Shown here one piece after another: positions 11,098 through 22,577 of a stretch of 64,000 nucleotides of DNA. This DNA comes from Naegleria gruberi (lineage: Eukaryota). The stretch lies in assembly GCA_000004985.1 (NCBI GenBank), contig GG738864.1; one strand, 5' to 3'. The translations under genes were made by a program, and so were the position numbers. Numbering within the stretch: position 1 is the stretch's first letter; the number at the start of each line of letters is the position of its first letter. Below the pieces are notes generated by a model. The model saw only the letters and a program-made list of their open reading frames with translations. It was not told the origin of the DNA and searched no databases.

Positions 11098-12303
11098 CCA
11101 AAGGTGTTACAATACTCGAATAATACAACAGGATCGGGTGTTGTTGGAGGCTATTTTTGTTTCAGCTTTACTTGTGTTTTTCAATAATGAAAACTGTTGG
11201 AGTAGTGTGTTACTAGTTGTTCTATGTGACAAATTCCAAATAAAAGCAGCTACAACTTTCTTATTTGTTGTAATTGCTAGCTTTCACAAATATATTTATG
11301 AAATATTGGAATGTTGAAGAACAAGAGGAATATGATGATGATAATGATGAAAGAGGTTTACTCTAATTTTTTTAAAAAGATAGGTGGAACTAGGCGGAGG
11401 GAAAGAGAATCCCATTTAGAATCTTTGTCAGCTATTGGCATTTCAGGGTAGTCCATCTGTCGGCATCTTACAAAATCCTCAATAAATCTTTTTGATTCTC
11501 CCAATTGGTTGTTAGCCAACTGTTGTTTAAGGAAAATGAGTTAATAAGTAATGTAGTTGTAGCCGGTATTGAGGTCTTCAAGTCAGTAGATTATGTTCAA
11601 AGTTGTGAATGTTTTATAAACATAGAATTGGAGAACTTTTAATGGTTTTGAAGTATACTATACATCTCAAAAAGAACCCGATCAAATTAGATGCAGAATA
11701 TCGAGCAATAATGTCAAATAGTGGCGCCATTGCACAGATTCTATCTAATGGTCATCCAAACATTCGCCAACTATCCTCTTTAGAATTCATTTTCGTTGAG
11801 TTGTATTGCATTGATATTTGAAACAGTTCAATCTTGGGTGTTTGAAACAGAAAATACACAGAATTGTGTGCAAAGGACGGAGTGCTTGATCTGTGGGTGT
11901 TGGTAGCCATACGAATGAAATTTGAAGGTTTCCAACTTGGTCAGAAAATTTCGTATGCATTTTGGGAAACATTTGCTAACAATAAAGTTGTCAGCCAAAT
12001 ATTTTTTAAAGTAATGTTTCATTAAAGATGGGTTCCCAAATCACAATAGAGATTAATTTCATCGATCGAGATTTTGAATAGTAGTTTGATTAGTGCCAGG
12101 AAGAAACTCTGTAATGGAAATACTCCAGAATAATCACGAAAATTGGTCAGGAATCTCGGTGTAAATTGTAAACAAAGTTTACAATGAGATATCTCATAGG
12201 GTATTACATTCAATCTGATTCTAACTGTTTGTAATTCAATCAAACATATTATTGCAATTTCTAGAAAAATGAATCTTTTTCGTTTACGGCATTAATACAT
12301 GTA

Positions 12304-13170
12304 TTAATCGTATTGAACATCAACATACTCAGAATAATCCTCATCCCAAGGAAATAACATCATGATTGGTTCGAATAGGAGTCTATCTCTTAACTCTTCC
12401 TTGATGGTATCAATGCAAAAACCAAGTTCCTCTCTAATCGATTGCAATTTTTTTCTTGAAACCTTTACAATTCCATCCTCAAGTTTTTCGGCCAGATAAT
12501 TTTTGTAATATTCCATAATCCAATATGAATTATAAGCTCCATAATCAAATGAACATGTAAATTTGAGTTTAACCTCTCCAATAGAAACAATTGCTGTATT
12601 CTTTAAACTTCCATCCATTTCTTCTTCAGTCATTCTAACTAATTGATATTTTTCGAATAGATTCTTTTCGAATAATGTAGCGATTTCCTTTCCATGATCC
12701 TTTTCAATCCTGTCCAAATATCCTCTAAATTGCTCAAATTTTTGTTCAGTCGTATTTCTGATAACAATTTTATCTTTTACATTTTTTGTAAATCCTTCAA
12801 TTTGTGACAAACAATTTTGTAATTGTTCTCCATATTTACCATTTCTCAATTTCCCGTCTCTGCTAAACTTGGATTTGGTAGTATAGTTCTTCATTGCTCG
12901 GGTCACTTCCTTCACCAATCTGTATGAAATAAACAAGTGATGATTCGAATAAAGTGCTCGATAAATAGTTTTACAAGTCAGGATGAAATCTAATCCTTCG
13001 CTCGGATCATAAATAAAATCAAGAATTAAACCTAAAATTTCATCTGGTAATTGACATAAATTTGCACTGGTAATAAAATTATTGTTGTCGTGCGTCAATT
13101 TAACAAATTTTGATTTGGTCTGCTGATCGGACTTTGCTGAATAGTGTCGTTTCATTTTTTTTAAAAACAT
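12304..13170 (-). CDS. Hypothetical protein with an F-box-like N-terminal motif.
   Basis: 288-aa ORF. The LPDEILGLILDFIYDPSEGLDFILTCKTIYRAL segment fits the F-box LPxEIL..IL pattern. The remainder is helical/charged with no recognisable domain. Confidence 0.45.
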   Translation of the reverse strand: MFLKKMKRHYSAKSDQQTKSKFVKLTHDNNNFITSANLCQLPDEILGLILDFIYDPSEGLDFILTCKTIYRALYSNHHLFISYRLVKEVTRAMKNYTTKSKFSRDGKLRNGKYGEQLQNCLSQIEGFTKNVKDKIVIRNTTEQKFEQFRGYLDRIEKDHGKEIATLFEKNLFEKYQLVRMTEEEMDGSLKNTAIVSIGEVKLKFTCSFDYGAYNSYWIMEYYKNYLAEKLEDGIVKVSRKKLQSIREELGFCIDTIKEELRDRLLFEPIMMLFPWDEDYSEYVDVQYD

Positions 13171-14450
13171 TATTGAAAGTGCTTAGTTCTTCAACGTTCA
13201 GAGCTGTTTTTAGTACATGAGAATTCACAGTATGAAAGTTGTTATTTTCGCATGAAATCCACACATGTTGTTTTCAAAGCTAAGGTGTATTAACCCGATT
13301 GTTGGGTTTAAATTTCTATTTGCTCTTTCAATTTCTTCTCTTGTATTTTTTGGAATAAGGGTGATAATTCTTGGCTGTCATATCAAGAATTTCAGGAGAA
13401 TGCCAATTAAGTAATTGAATGGAAAAAAACAATTCTCGACAGCTTTTAAAACAATTTCTCAAGTAATAAAGTGAATATCCAAATTTGGAATGCAAAATCT
13501 CTATCATGTTTCAGTGTCGTTGGAACATGTCGAAATATTAATCGATATTGTGGATTAACACTCTGAAAATTATCCCCAGAATAAGTATCACAACCATCGA
13601 TTAATGCAAAATAGAATTTCCTTATTTGATTTAGCTTTTTTAGGAATTGAAATATACAAATCCCTTCTTTTTACAACTTTGGAAATAATTTCAATATTAT
13701 TTATTTGAAAGAATATTGTACATCGTGCTTTTAGAATAAATTACTTATCAAATTTCAATCTATCCCAATAAATCCAACAAAATGTTGTCATTGTCTTATT
13801 GATTATTTTGAAAATCTAGTCATCCAGTATATTCTCTTATATATATCAATCATATCTGGGTTATTTCTGAAATCCGAAGATAATCTCTATCATAGACCGA
13901 AATGAAGAATAAAATTGAAGTCCTACTAGGATTGAGAGCAATTCTGAAGGCAATGGTATCTCTGTAATATATTGAATTTAACACTCTTACAATTTCTCAA
14001 CATTATTGTGGAGAAGGTTGTTTCGGAAACATTTGAAACAAAAGAAATAACCTCAACTAGATTTATTACGATTGGCTGTCAGCATTAGATCAATTACTAT
14101 CTGGAAAGGTAGCTTGACAATACACTCTCCAAATGTTATTTGCAATTGTTCCAACTATCTAATAATTTCTTTCAATCCATCACTAAATGAAGTATTCCAA
14201 ACAATTTGAATCCGTTGAAGTGATGAAAGGATATTGTACTTGGTGCATCATTTCAAAGAGATTCCAACAATCCAACCTCTCGAATACCGTCCCAAAAAAT
14301 CAGTAATAAAGGGTGAAACCAAATAGTTAAAAGTTAGAGAGATAATCGGATTATTTATATACATTGATAATTTTAGCTATAACTTGTAATTGTATCCTAG
14401 AGGTGATTTCCTAGAGTGTTTGTTGTGTAAGTGTTGTTGTGAAATATTAT

Positions 14451-15171
14451 TTACATTACGGAACATGTGTCACAAATTCCAAATCTCCTGTTCTTCTTCT
14501 TTTCTGGAAGAAGAGTCTCTGCATTATCATGATCTTCTCCATCAGGTGATTGAGAGGTAAATCTATCAATAACCAATCCAACAAGAGAAGTTTCTAGTGA
14601 TGATGATGAGTCATTCTTAGCACTCAATTCAATATATGGATAATTGAATTGGTTTGCCCATGATTTTGCTGTATTAATGATCTTTTCGCAATGCCTCCTA
14701 TTAAAATCAGTAATTTCATCAGTCTTGTTGGCAACTATCACAAATCTTGGTTGAGTTAGAAATGTTAAATTAGAAATAATGAGAAACTTACGGAAAGCTT
14801 GTTGTGGAAATTGATAAACCGGCTTGAATTAAAAATTCTTCTCTCCACTTATTCAGGGAGTTTGCACTTTGTAAATCCGTTACTGAAAATACCAGGCAAA
14901 CTACATCAATATCACGATAAAAAGCAACTGATAAAGAGGCATACTTCTCCAATCCTGCATTATCCCACAGCTGCAGCTTGTAGGATTCATCCTTATAATC
15001 TATAGCTTGAGAATTTAAACAGTCACTTCCGATTGTTGGTGTATAATTTGTATCAAATTGGTCATATACCAATTTTTCAATAATTGAAGTTTTTCCTGAT
15101 TCTCCATTCCCTAAAAATAATACTCTCAATGTTTTTGGAGTTTCTAAATGAGATCCCACTATCGATTTCAT
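14451..15171 (-). CDS. Rab/Ras-like small GTPase with a CaaX box and a switch-II Gln-to-Leu substitution; 2 exons.
   Basis: - G1: LFLGNGESGKTS.
- G2: YTPTIG.
- G3: WDNAGLE (canonical WDTAGQE).
- Exon 1 is 15171..14792, followed by a 46-nt intron (GTAAGT donor at 14791, acceptor AAG at 14746).
- Exon 2 is 14745..14451. It gives FVIVANKTD (G4 NKxD), ELSAKN (G5) and C-terminal CDTCSVM, a CaaX prenylation box. Confidence 0.8.
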
Positions 15172-15948
15172 TGTGTGATGATATATTTAGTCTTGTTGGG
15201 TGGGTAACAATATTTCCTCTGTGTTTGATAAATGTGAGGTTGGGTGTTTGGGCTTTTTTTTCTCAAAATCCTTTTTGCTTTTCAAACGGTTCTTCATGCC
15301 CTCGATGTTTAAAGAGAGGAGGCGCACTTTCTTTGTCGCTACAACATTCATCTACTTCAGCGAGGTTTTTGCCAAGTCCGACTGGAGAAATTTATTGGAA
15401 AGTGAAACTTGTTGTACTTGTCGAAAGGAATTTTAATGAAATGTCAATTGAAAGGAATCAGTGAATGAAGAAAACTTGAACACTTGTTGTTGTTTCCTTT
15501 TCTTCATTCCAATTGAGATGAATTGAAAGGAAGAAACATGTTGATTACTAACTGAAAGAACTTGCTGAAAGGGTGGTAAGTTGGAATAAATGTCCACTCA
15601 ATCAGTAAGCACAAATTCAAAAATAAATTGAGGACAAGAATAAGACCTCGCTGTATGAAGGACAATTCAGTCATTGTGGCATTTGGCAGTTGAATACTGA
15701 AGCAATAGTTCCGCCAAATTGTTTACAGCTGAATTTGCAAACCTTTTTAGTTGCTTATCTATGCTGATAATTTAGGTTGCCATGATTTATTCAACGGTTG
15801 ATGATTTGAATTGGTTTTCTCTGAGAAATTGGTATTGGATAATGTTAATCATCAATCCAGATTGAAACATTTCCCGCCAAAATGCTGTACAGAAAATTTG
15901 ATAAATATACAACCAAAGCCACCCGCTCATTTTCAATTTTAAAAAAAA

Positions 15949-17256
15949 ATGATGACCGATGTAAGTGATTCGTACATGTGGTTATTTTCTTACTACTAAT
16001 CAAATAATAAGGTTTCCAAGTTTTCGAAGGAATCCGAAAGATATGCCTTCTTAGTATCGTATTATGATTCTCTTGCTGGATTTGATAGAGAATATCAATT
16101 ATTGTATTATACATTTGATGAAACAATTGAAATGGTTTGTTTTTATGTTCCGATTCAAGAAATTTAACCATCATCATGACAATAGTATGATTGCAAGACA
16201 AAGAGAGTCTTCCTCAAGAGGTGTACTTATCCTGAAGTAACATTAAAATCATTATATAAGGGTGCGATCGTCACCATTAATAGTCGTCAACTCAAAGTTG
16301 TGGAGTATTCCGATGAATTCACTAGAAAGAACTTTGGAGACAAGAAGAAGAGGTAAGATGAACCAATATAATTGTAAATAATTCTAACACTAAATAGAAC
16401 TTTGGCCATGATAAAACCTGATGGTGTTGTAAATATGGGAGAAATTATTGATAGGATTTGTAGAGAAGGATTTCAAATTTCCAAAATGAAAATGACTGAA
16501 CTCACCACTGACTTGGCACAAACCTTCTACAGTGTCCATAAAGGAAAATCATTCTATGATACACTTGTGGCTTACATGACAAGTGGCCCAATTGTAGCTC
16601 TTGAACTTGTGGCTGAAGATGCTGTAGCTAAGTGGAGAGAATTAATCGGACCAACTGATTGTGTGCAAGCTAGACAAGTAGCACCAAACTCAATTAGAGC
16701 TCTCTATGCAACTGACAAGACTCACAATGCAGTGCATGGCTCAGATTCTGACGAAAATGCCACAATCGAGTCTACCTTTTTCTTTGGAGGACAAGAACAA
16801 ATTCCAACAACAGCAACATTCCAAAATTGTTCCCTGGCCCTCCTTTTACCTCACATTGTTTCAGATAGAATGGCCATAGGGAAAATATTAATTGAAATTC
16901 AAAAATCTGGACTTGATATTACAGCTATGGAAGTGTTTTCTATTGGAAAGACAGATGCTTCGGATTTCTATGAAGTTTATAGGGGTGTGAGCCCAGATTT
17001 CCAAAAGATGGTCTTGAATTTGTGCTCTGGACCTATAATTGCATTGGAAGTGTCAACAAAGGAGCCAAATGATGTTGTCACATATTTGAGAAATGTTTGT
17101 GGTCCTAGTGATCCAGAACTTGCAAAGGTATTGAGACCAGACACTATCAGAGCCAAGTTTGGTGTTGACAAGGTTAGAAATGCTATTCATTGTACAGACC
17201 TAGAGGATGATGGTGTTTTGGAAGTTGAATTTTTCTTTAATCTTATGCAAAAATAA
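15949..17256 (+). CDS. NME7: NME7-like nucleoside diphosphate kinase 7 (DM10 domain plus two NDK domains); 4 exons.
   Basis: - Exon 1: 15949..15960 (MMTD).
- Exon 2: 16012..16134 (VSKFSKESERYAFLVSYYDSLAGFDREYQLLYYTFDETIEM).
- Exon 3: 16186..16352 (YDCKTKRVFLKRCTYPEVTLKSLYKGAIVTINSRQLKVVEYSDEFTRKNFGDKKK).
- Exon 4: 16398..17256, two tandem NDK folds (TLAMIKPDGV...; ...LLLPHIVSDRMAIGKIL...).
- Introns: 51 nt (GTAAGT), 51 nt (GTTTGT) and 45 nt (GTAAGA), each ending in (A/T)AG.
- Exons 2-3 align to the DM10 domain consensus (ERFAFIAEWYD...YELLFYP.DGSVEM...RTFLKRTKY...NVFSRQL).
- Total ~386 aa, close to metazoan NME7 (376 aa). Confidence 0.8.
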
Positions 17257-17375
17257 ATGTTCTGAATTATCCACTATTCTGTACATCGTGATAGCCAATT
17301 ACCTTTTTTCATTATCATTCAGATTGTAAAGTAGTATTAATTTGTTATCCATCAAATAATAATAAAATTAAAAAA

Positions 17376-18195
17376 ATGTCATCAAGTAAAGTTGTTGTAT
17401 TTGATGTGGGTGGTGTAATTGCATCCGATTGTTACAATGAAGGTAAAAATCATAAAGTAGTGAATTTCAACTAACCATTTATAAACAGTAATTGAAAATA
17501 TTTATTATGGAATTCCCGAAGGAAAGGAAATAATGAAGAGTGGAAACAGTGCTTGGAAATTATATAAATATGGAACAATTAATGAAGAACAATTTTGGAG
17601 AGCAGTCATTGATGAACACTATCAAACTATTATTTCAAATATTAATGTATTGAATGGATTTGTACTTTCCAATGAAGAAAATGAGGATCAAACTAAACAC
17701 AGATTAGGTCAATACTTTGGAAATTATTTGAGAAATAATTTACGCTTCTTTGAATCAACATTACAATTAATTCAAAGATTGAATGACCAAATTTCAAGCT
17801 ATCCTCAACTTGAAGCTATTGCCATCCTTTCTAATCACTCCAAAGAATGGTGTCACTATATTTATTCTGAAAAGGATAATGGCAGAGTTGAAAAACTATT
17901 CAAGAATAATCTCTTGAAAAAATCTCAATATTGTCCTGAATTAATTATTTGGTCATGTGATGTCAATGCTGCTAAACCAGAAAAGGCCATTTATCAACTC
18001 TTAATTGATAGAATCAAACAACATGTGAATTCTCAAATTGAGCCTCACAATATTTGTTTCATTGATGATAAAGATAGAAACGTAGAAGCTGCTACAGAAG
18101 TTGGAATTTCCACCATTCAATATGATGCCTCTCTTCCAGATCAATACGATTTCACATCCTTTGAAGGAAAATTAGAACAATTTCTTTCTCAATAA
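17376..18195 (+). CDS. HAD-superfamily (haloacid dehalogenase-like) hydrolase; 2 exons.
   Basis: Exon 1 is 17376..17442 (MSSKVVVFDVGGVIASDCYNE, HAD motif I FDxGG). The donor is GTAAAA and the 46-nt intron ends at CAG 17488. Exon 2 is 17489..18195, in frame with the track ORF. C-terminal motif III/IV: CFIDDKDRNVEAATEVGISTIQYD. Confidence 0.6.
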
Positions 18196-18325
18196 AGCTG
18201 TATATTCCACTATTTTCATCACCATTGCAATTATCCAATCAAATTGAAATATGATCTCTTCAATACTTATTATTACTGTCTTTACAATAAGCAATCAATT
18301 AGAAAGATAAAAACTAATCAAAAAA

Positions 18326-20545
18326 ATGCTTCACAAGGTCGTTCATCGTTCCACAAAATCTTTGCGTCATCATATTGTTGGTGCAGGAATTTCATCCTGT
18401 ACAAATTTGAATGTAATTCCCTCTCATGATAATAATTCCCTGCTGATGATTAACAAGGGAGGAAATGGTATCACGATGAAAAAGTCACTCGGAATGATTA
18501 ATAATCAGGAGAGAAATTTTTCAACTCTCAACATTTGGAGACAACAACAACAAGAAACAAGTGAATCCAATTTAGCAGACATTGAAACACAATATACAAA
18601 GGATGTTGCTAATAATAATGACTATTTCTTGAGTTTTGCAATTGTTGCTGGAAAATTTGAATCTGGAAAACCTGCAGTTTTTGTTGATTTTCTTTCAGAA
18701 TTAATCCAGAAAAAAGATGTTGAAGGATTGAAAATGGTATATTATTTATGTACAAAAGAAGTAGGTATTTCACTCAATTGTCTCTATAATTGTATTTAGA
18801 AATTATTGGAAAAAGGTTTCAAGTGGGTTTTGAGTGACGAAATATTATTGGCAGCAATCTATGACATTAGATCTAATTTATCACTTGATGAAATCAAACA
18901 GATTTATAGTGAAACATCTAATAATATTTTGGAAACATGTAATACATTGCTGAGACCTGTTTTGACAAAGCAAATTCAACACATTACAATCAATGGTCTT
19001 GAAAGAAAGTTTGTAACCACATTTGAAGTATTTGACTATCTCAAAAAGATTGCCAACGTTTCAAAGCAAGAAAAGGAGAGTATTGCCAAACAAAAAATTC
19101 ATATTCTCTCACAACTCTTTTCAACTCTCAAATCCTCACATGAAATGAAACTTTTGATGAAGATTATTTCATCCTCAAGTTCGAGTTCACTCTCTGGTGT
19201 AAAGAAAAAGACATTTTTAAAATTTTTATCTGAAGCACTTGAAAAGTCAAAACTCAATAATTCTGCCAAACTTTCTGTAAATCAAATTGCTGACTCTATT
19301 TCTATTTACACCAAGACCAAGGAAGTTGATTTACTGTTTGAAGAATTATTCACTAAAAATTCACTTTTCAACATTTCAAACGAATCCTCACCACAATTCC
19401 AAATAGGAACTGTTATTCCACCAATGTTGGCTAAACCAGTTAAACAGCTCAAAGAAAACTTCCTTCAACATTTGAAAAAGTCAGCTGATGAAACTCAATT
19501 ATTATGTGAATACAAGTATGATGGCGAAAGATTATTGCTACACTACGATGCAACCAATAAGAATCTGATGAGCTTCTCAAGAAACGGAAAACAATCAGCT
19601 CTATTGGAAGATTTCCCACAGGAGAAGGAAGAGCTCATTAAGTCTGTCTTACAATGTGATAAGAGCTTTATTATTGATTGTGAATACATCATTCTGGGTA
19701 AACAATCAGGAAAGCCACTTTCATTCCATGAATTCCAAAACAGATCAAGTCTTGCATCTGTTTCTATCCCTTCAATTCGTGCCTTTGATATTATTTACTT
19801 TGAAAATGGACCAATCATTGAATCTCCACTTTTTGAAAGAAGATTGAATCTTGACTCTCTAGTTTCTTCAATCAATAATCCAACTCTTTCCCTCTCTAAA
19901 GGCAAATTATTCAATATTGCCAATGAAAAGGAATGCATTGCAGATGTTTATGAGTTTATGAAAGACTCATTGCAAGACTCATGTGAAGGACTCATGATTA
20001 AGCCAGTCTCTACCAAATACGAATTTGGTAAGAGAGGATGGTTCAAATTGAAGAAGGAATACATGCCAGATGGATTATATGACACCCTCGATTTGATTCC
20101 AATAGGTGGATGTAAGGGAGTAGGAAAAAGAATTGGCCTCTTTGGATCCTACTTGATGGGAGTAAGAAATCCAAAAGATGGTAAGATTTACTCTGTATGC
20201 TCAGTTGGTACTGGACTCAATAATGAAATGTTAGAGACACTCACTGAAGAAGCATTGGAACAATATATCCCTGCCCCAATTGCCACTGATCCATCAGCAT
20301 TAGAGGAAAAGTATGGCATTGTTGTCTCCAAGTCTGTCTTTAAACAAGTTGATTGTTGGTTCCAACCAAATCTCGTTTGGGAAATTGCTGGCTCTGATAT
20401 CCTCTCATCAAGTGGATCATCCTCTGGTTATAGTATTCGTTTTCCAAGATTCATCAGAAAGAGAGATGATAAATCAGTAGAAGATAGCACCTCACTCGAA
20501 CAATTAAGTGAAATGTTTATTGCCCAAAATTCAAAAAATGAATAA
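18326..20545 (+). CDS. ATP-dependent DNA ligase with a presequence-like N-terminus; 2 exons.
   Basis: - Exon 1 is 18326..18760. It encodes MLHKVVHRSTKSLRHHIVGAG... (basic/hydroxylated, acid-free, presequence-like) and the start of the DNA-ligase N-terminal DNA-binding domain.
- The donor is GTAGGT at 18761, the intron is 39 nt and the acceptor is TAG at 18799.
- Exon 2 is 18800..20545.
- Motif I: CEYKYDGER (KxDGxR adenylation lysine).
- Motif III: FIIDCEYI.
- Motif IV: EGLMIKP.
- Motif V: WFKLKKEY.
- A C-terminal OB-fold region follows. No BRCT repeats. About 727 aa. Confidence 0.8.
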
Positions 20546-20952
20546 ACCATAAATTTGTTCGTCAAACACTTTTTCCTCTCTTCCCAAGGTTTAATAACCT
20601 TCAAGTAGAGTGAATGATGATAACTACAACAATCTTTAGCTGGAATTACCGTCTGAATTGTAATGTAGATAGATTGTACGCTGACTTTAATGAACAATTA
20701 ACCAACCTCTTCATACTAAGAAGAAAATTGTTCAAATTTTGTCTTGATATATTTCAAGAAAACTTTTCTTTTGCTTACGAAGTTGCCTGCTGACAACAAT
20801 AAAATTTAATAATAAAATTCAAAGGAAGAAGCCAAACATATAGATCAATTCCAAAATGTATTATCTATTATTATTAATCTTCTTGATGATGATATTGAAG
20901 ATTGTTAACTTGACCAAAATTCTATTGAATCTTTTTTCTGTGTATTTAAAAA

Positions 20953-22563
20953 ATGAGTCAATCCCTCGCTCTCAAAATTATTCCTTTCCTCGATGTTCAT
21001 CTCATCTTTCCATTGCTCGAATTTCTCGAACAAAATGAGGTAGGTTATATGATGATTATTGTTGTTGTTCAATAATCTTGTCTTATTATTATTTCTTCTT
21101 CTACTATATTATTATTATAAAATATATTTTAACTCGGGTGCGATTAATATTTGCGCTTTTTCCTATGATGAAATATTTTGTTATTGTTGTATTATATAAT
21201 ATAGATTTATCCAAAACAACAAGTACAACTTGCTGCTTTTGAATTATCTAAGAAGACTAAAATGTTAAACTTCCAAAAGGAAAAGCAAGAACTTGTTGGT
21301 ATGACAACAACTATTGACTATCAAAAGGAAGAAAAGGAAATTATGGATCAAATGCAAAACTATAAACAAGTTTGTGAACCTCTTCTTACTAAATTGAAGG
21401 ACTATAATCAAAACAAGGATAATATCAAAGAAACTCTCCAAGTCTACCTTTCAAATGATACTAGAATTAATCATGAAATGTTGGATAAGCTTTATGATTA
21501 TGCCAAATTCATCTATGAAACTGGAGATTATGAAACAGCTGCTGCCTTGTTGGCTGATGTTAAACAACTTTACGAATACAATGTTGATAAAGCCTATTTG
21601 TCAGCTTGGGGTAAATTGGCTAGCGAATTGATGTGTAAGGAATGGGAAAGTGCTAGTGCTGCTTTGAACGAATTGAAGGATTTGATGGAAAACAGATTCC
21701 AACAATTGCTTCAACATGAAAGAACATCAGCAAATACTGCTACCACTGCTTCTGTCACTGCTCCAATGACAAAGGTTGGTCCAGGTATTAAATCTGTAGA
21801 ATTGGATTTAATCAATGCTAGATGTTGGTTTATTCACTGGTCTCTCTTTGTTGCTTTCTTTGACCAATCTAATTCCTACAAGGCATTGTTAGATTTATTC
21901 TTCCCACCTGTTGGTACTCCACACTCACAACATACCCACACTGATTTGACTTCCAACAAGTATATTTCTGCACTTTTCCAAAGTGGATGTGGATATATTC
22001 TTCGTTATTTGGCTATCACCATAATTTTAAGGAAACGTAATAAGGTTTACTTGAATGCTTTGGTCAAGTTCATGGAACAACATTTGATTATTAGATCTGA
22101 TTTCCAACAACAAGATGAACTTTTGAGTGATCCTGTCATTCAATTCATTTATCAATTGTGTGTCACTCATGATTTCAAGGCTGCCCATGAAGCTCTTTTG
22201 GCCTCTGAATCCATCGTCAAGAATGATTACTTTACTCATAGCCATGTTAAGGAATTCATGAATCAAGGAAAGAATATGATTTTCGAAAGCTATGCTAAGG
22301 TTTCACACTCATTTGCTTATGGTGAATCCTCAAAGATTGATTTGCCTCTCGATGAAGAATTCATTAACTCTGCTGTCAATGCTTTGAAGTTACAAACTCA
22401 AGTCCAACTCGAATCTGAACAACACCGTGTGACGGTGAAGAAGACCCTTCCAAATATTTATCAACAAATTTTAGAAAGAACTGAAGACTCTGCCAATAAG
22501 ACTATTAGTATTTCTAATGGTGCCAAGAATCTTCAAGCTCAAAGACAATCGAAAGAAAAATAA
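20953..22563 (+). CDS. EIF3E: Eukaryotic translation initiation factor 3 subunit E (eIF3e/Int-6; PCI domain); 2 exons.
   Basis: - Exon 1: 20953..21039 (MSQSLALKIIPFLDVHLIFPLLEFLEQNE).
- Donor GTAGGT at 21040; the 165-nt AT-rich intron ends at TAG 21204.
- Exon 2: 21205..22563.
- Diagnostic eIF3e blocks: HFLDRHLVFPLLEFL-like N-terminus, DKLYDYAKFIYETGDYETAA, WGKLASELMCKEWESA, INARCWFIHWSLFVAFF, then the PCI region. Each aligns to metazoan eIF3e. Confidence 0.8.
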
Positions 22564-22577
22564 ATGATATTTACATC

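Noticed and set aside
15845-16201. 118-aa minus-strand ORF
   Set aside because: It overlaps NME7 exons 2-3 and their introns on the opposite strand, and has no motif. The sense-strand DM10 exons are strongly supported.
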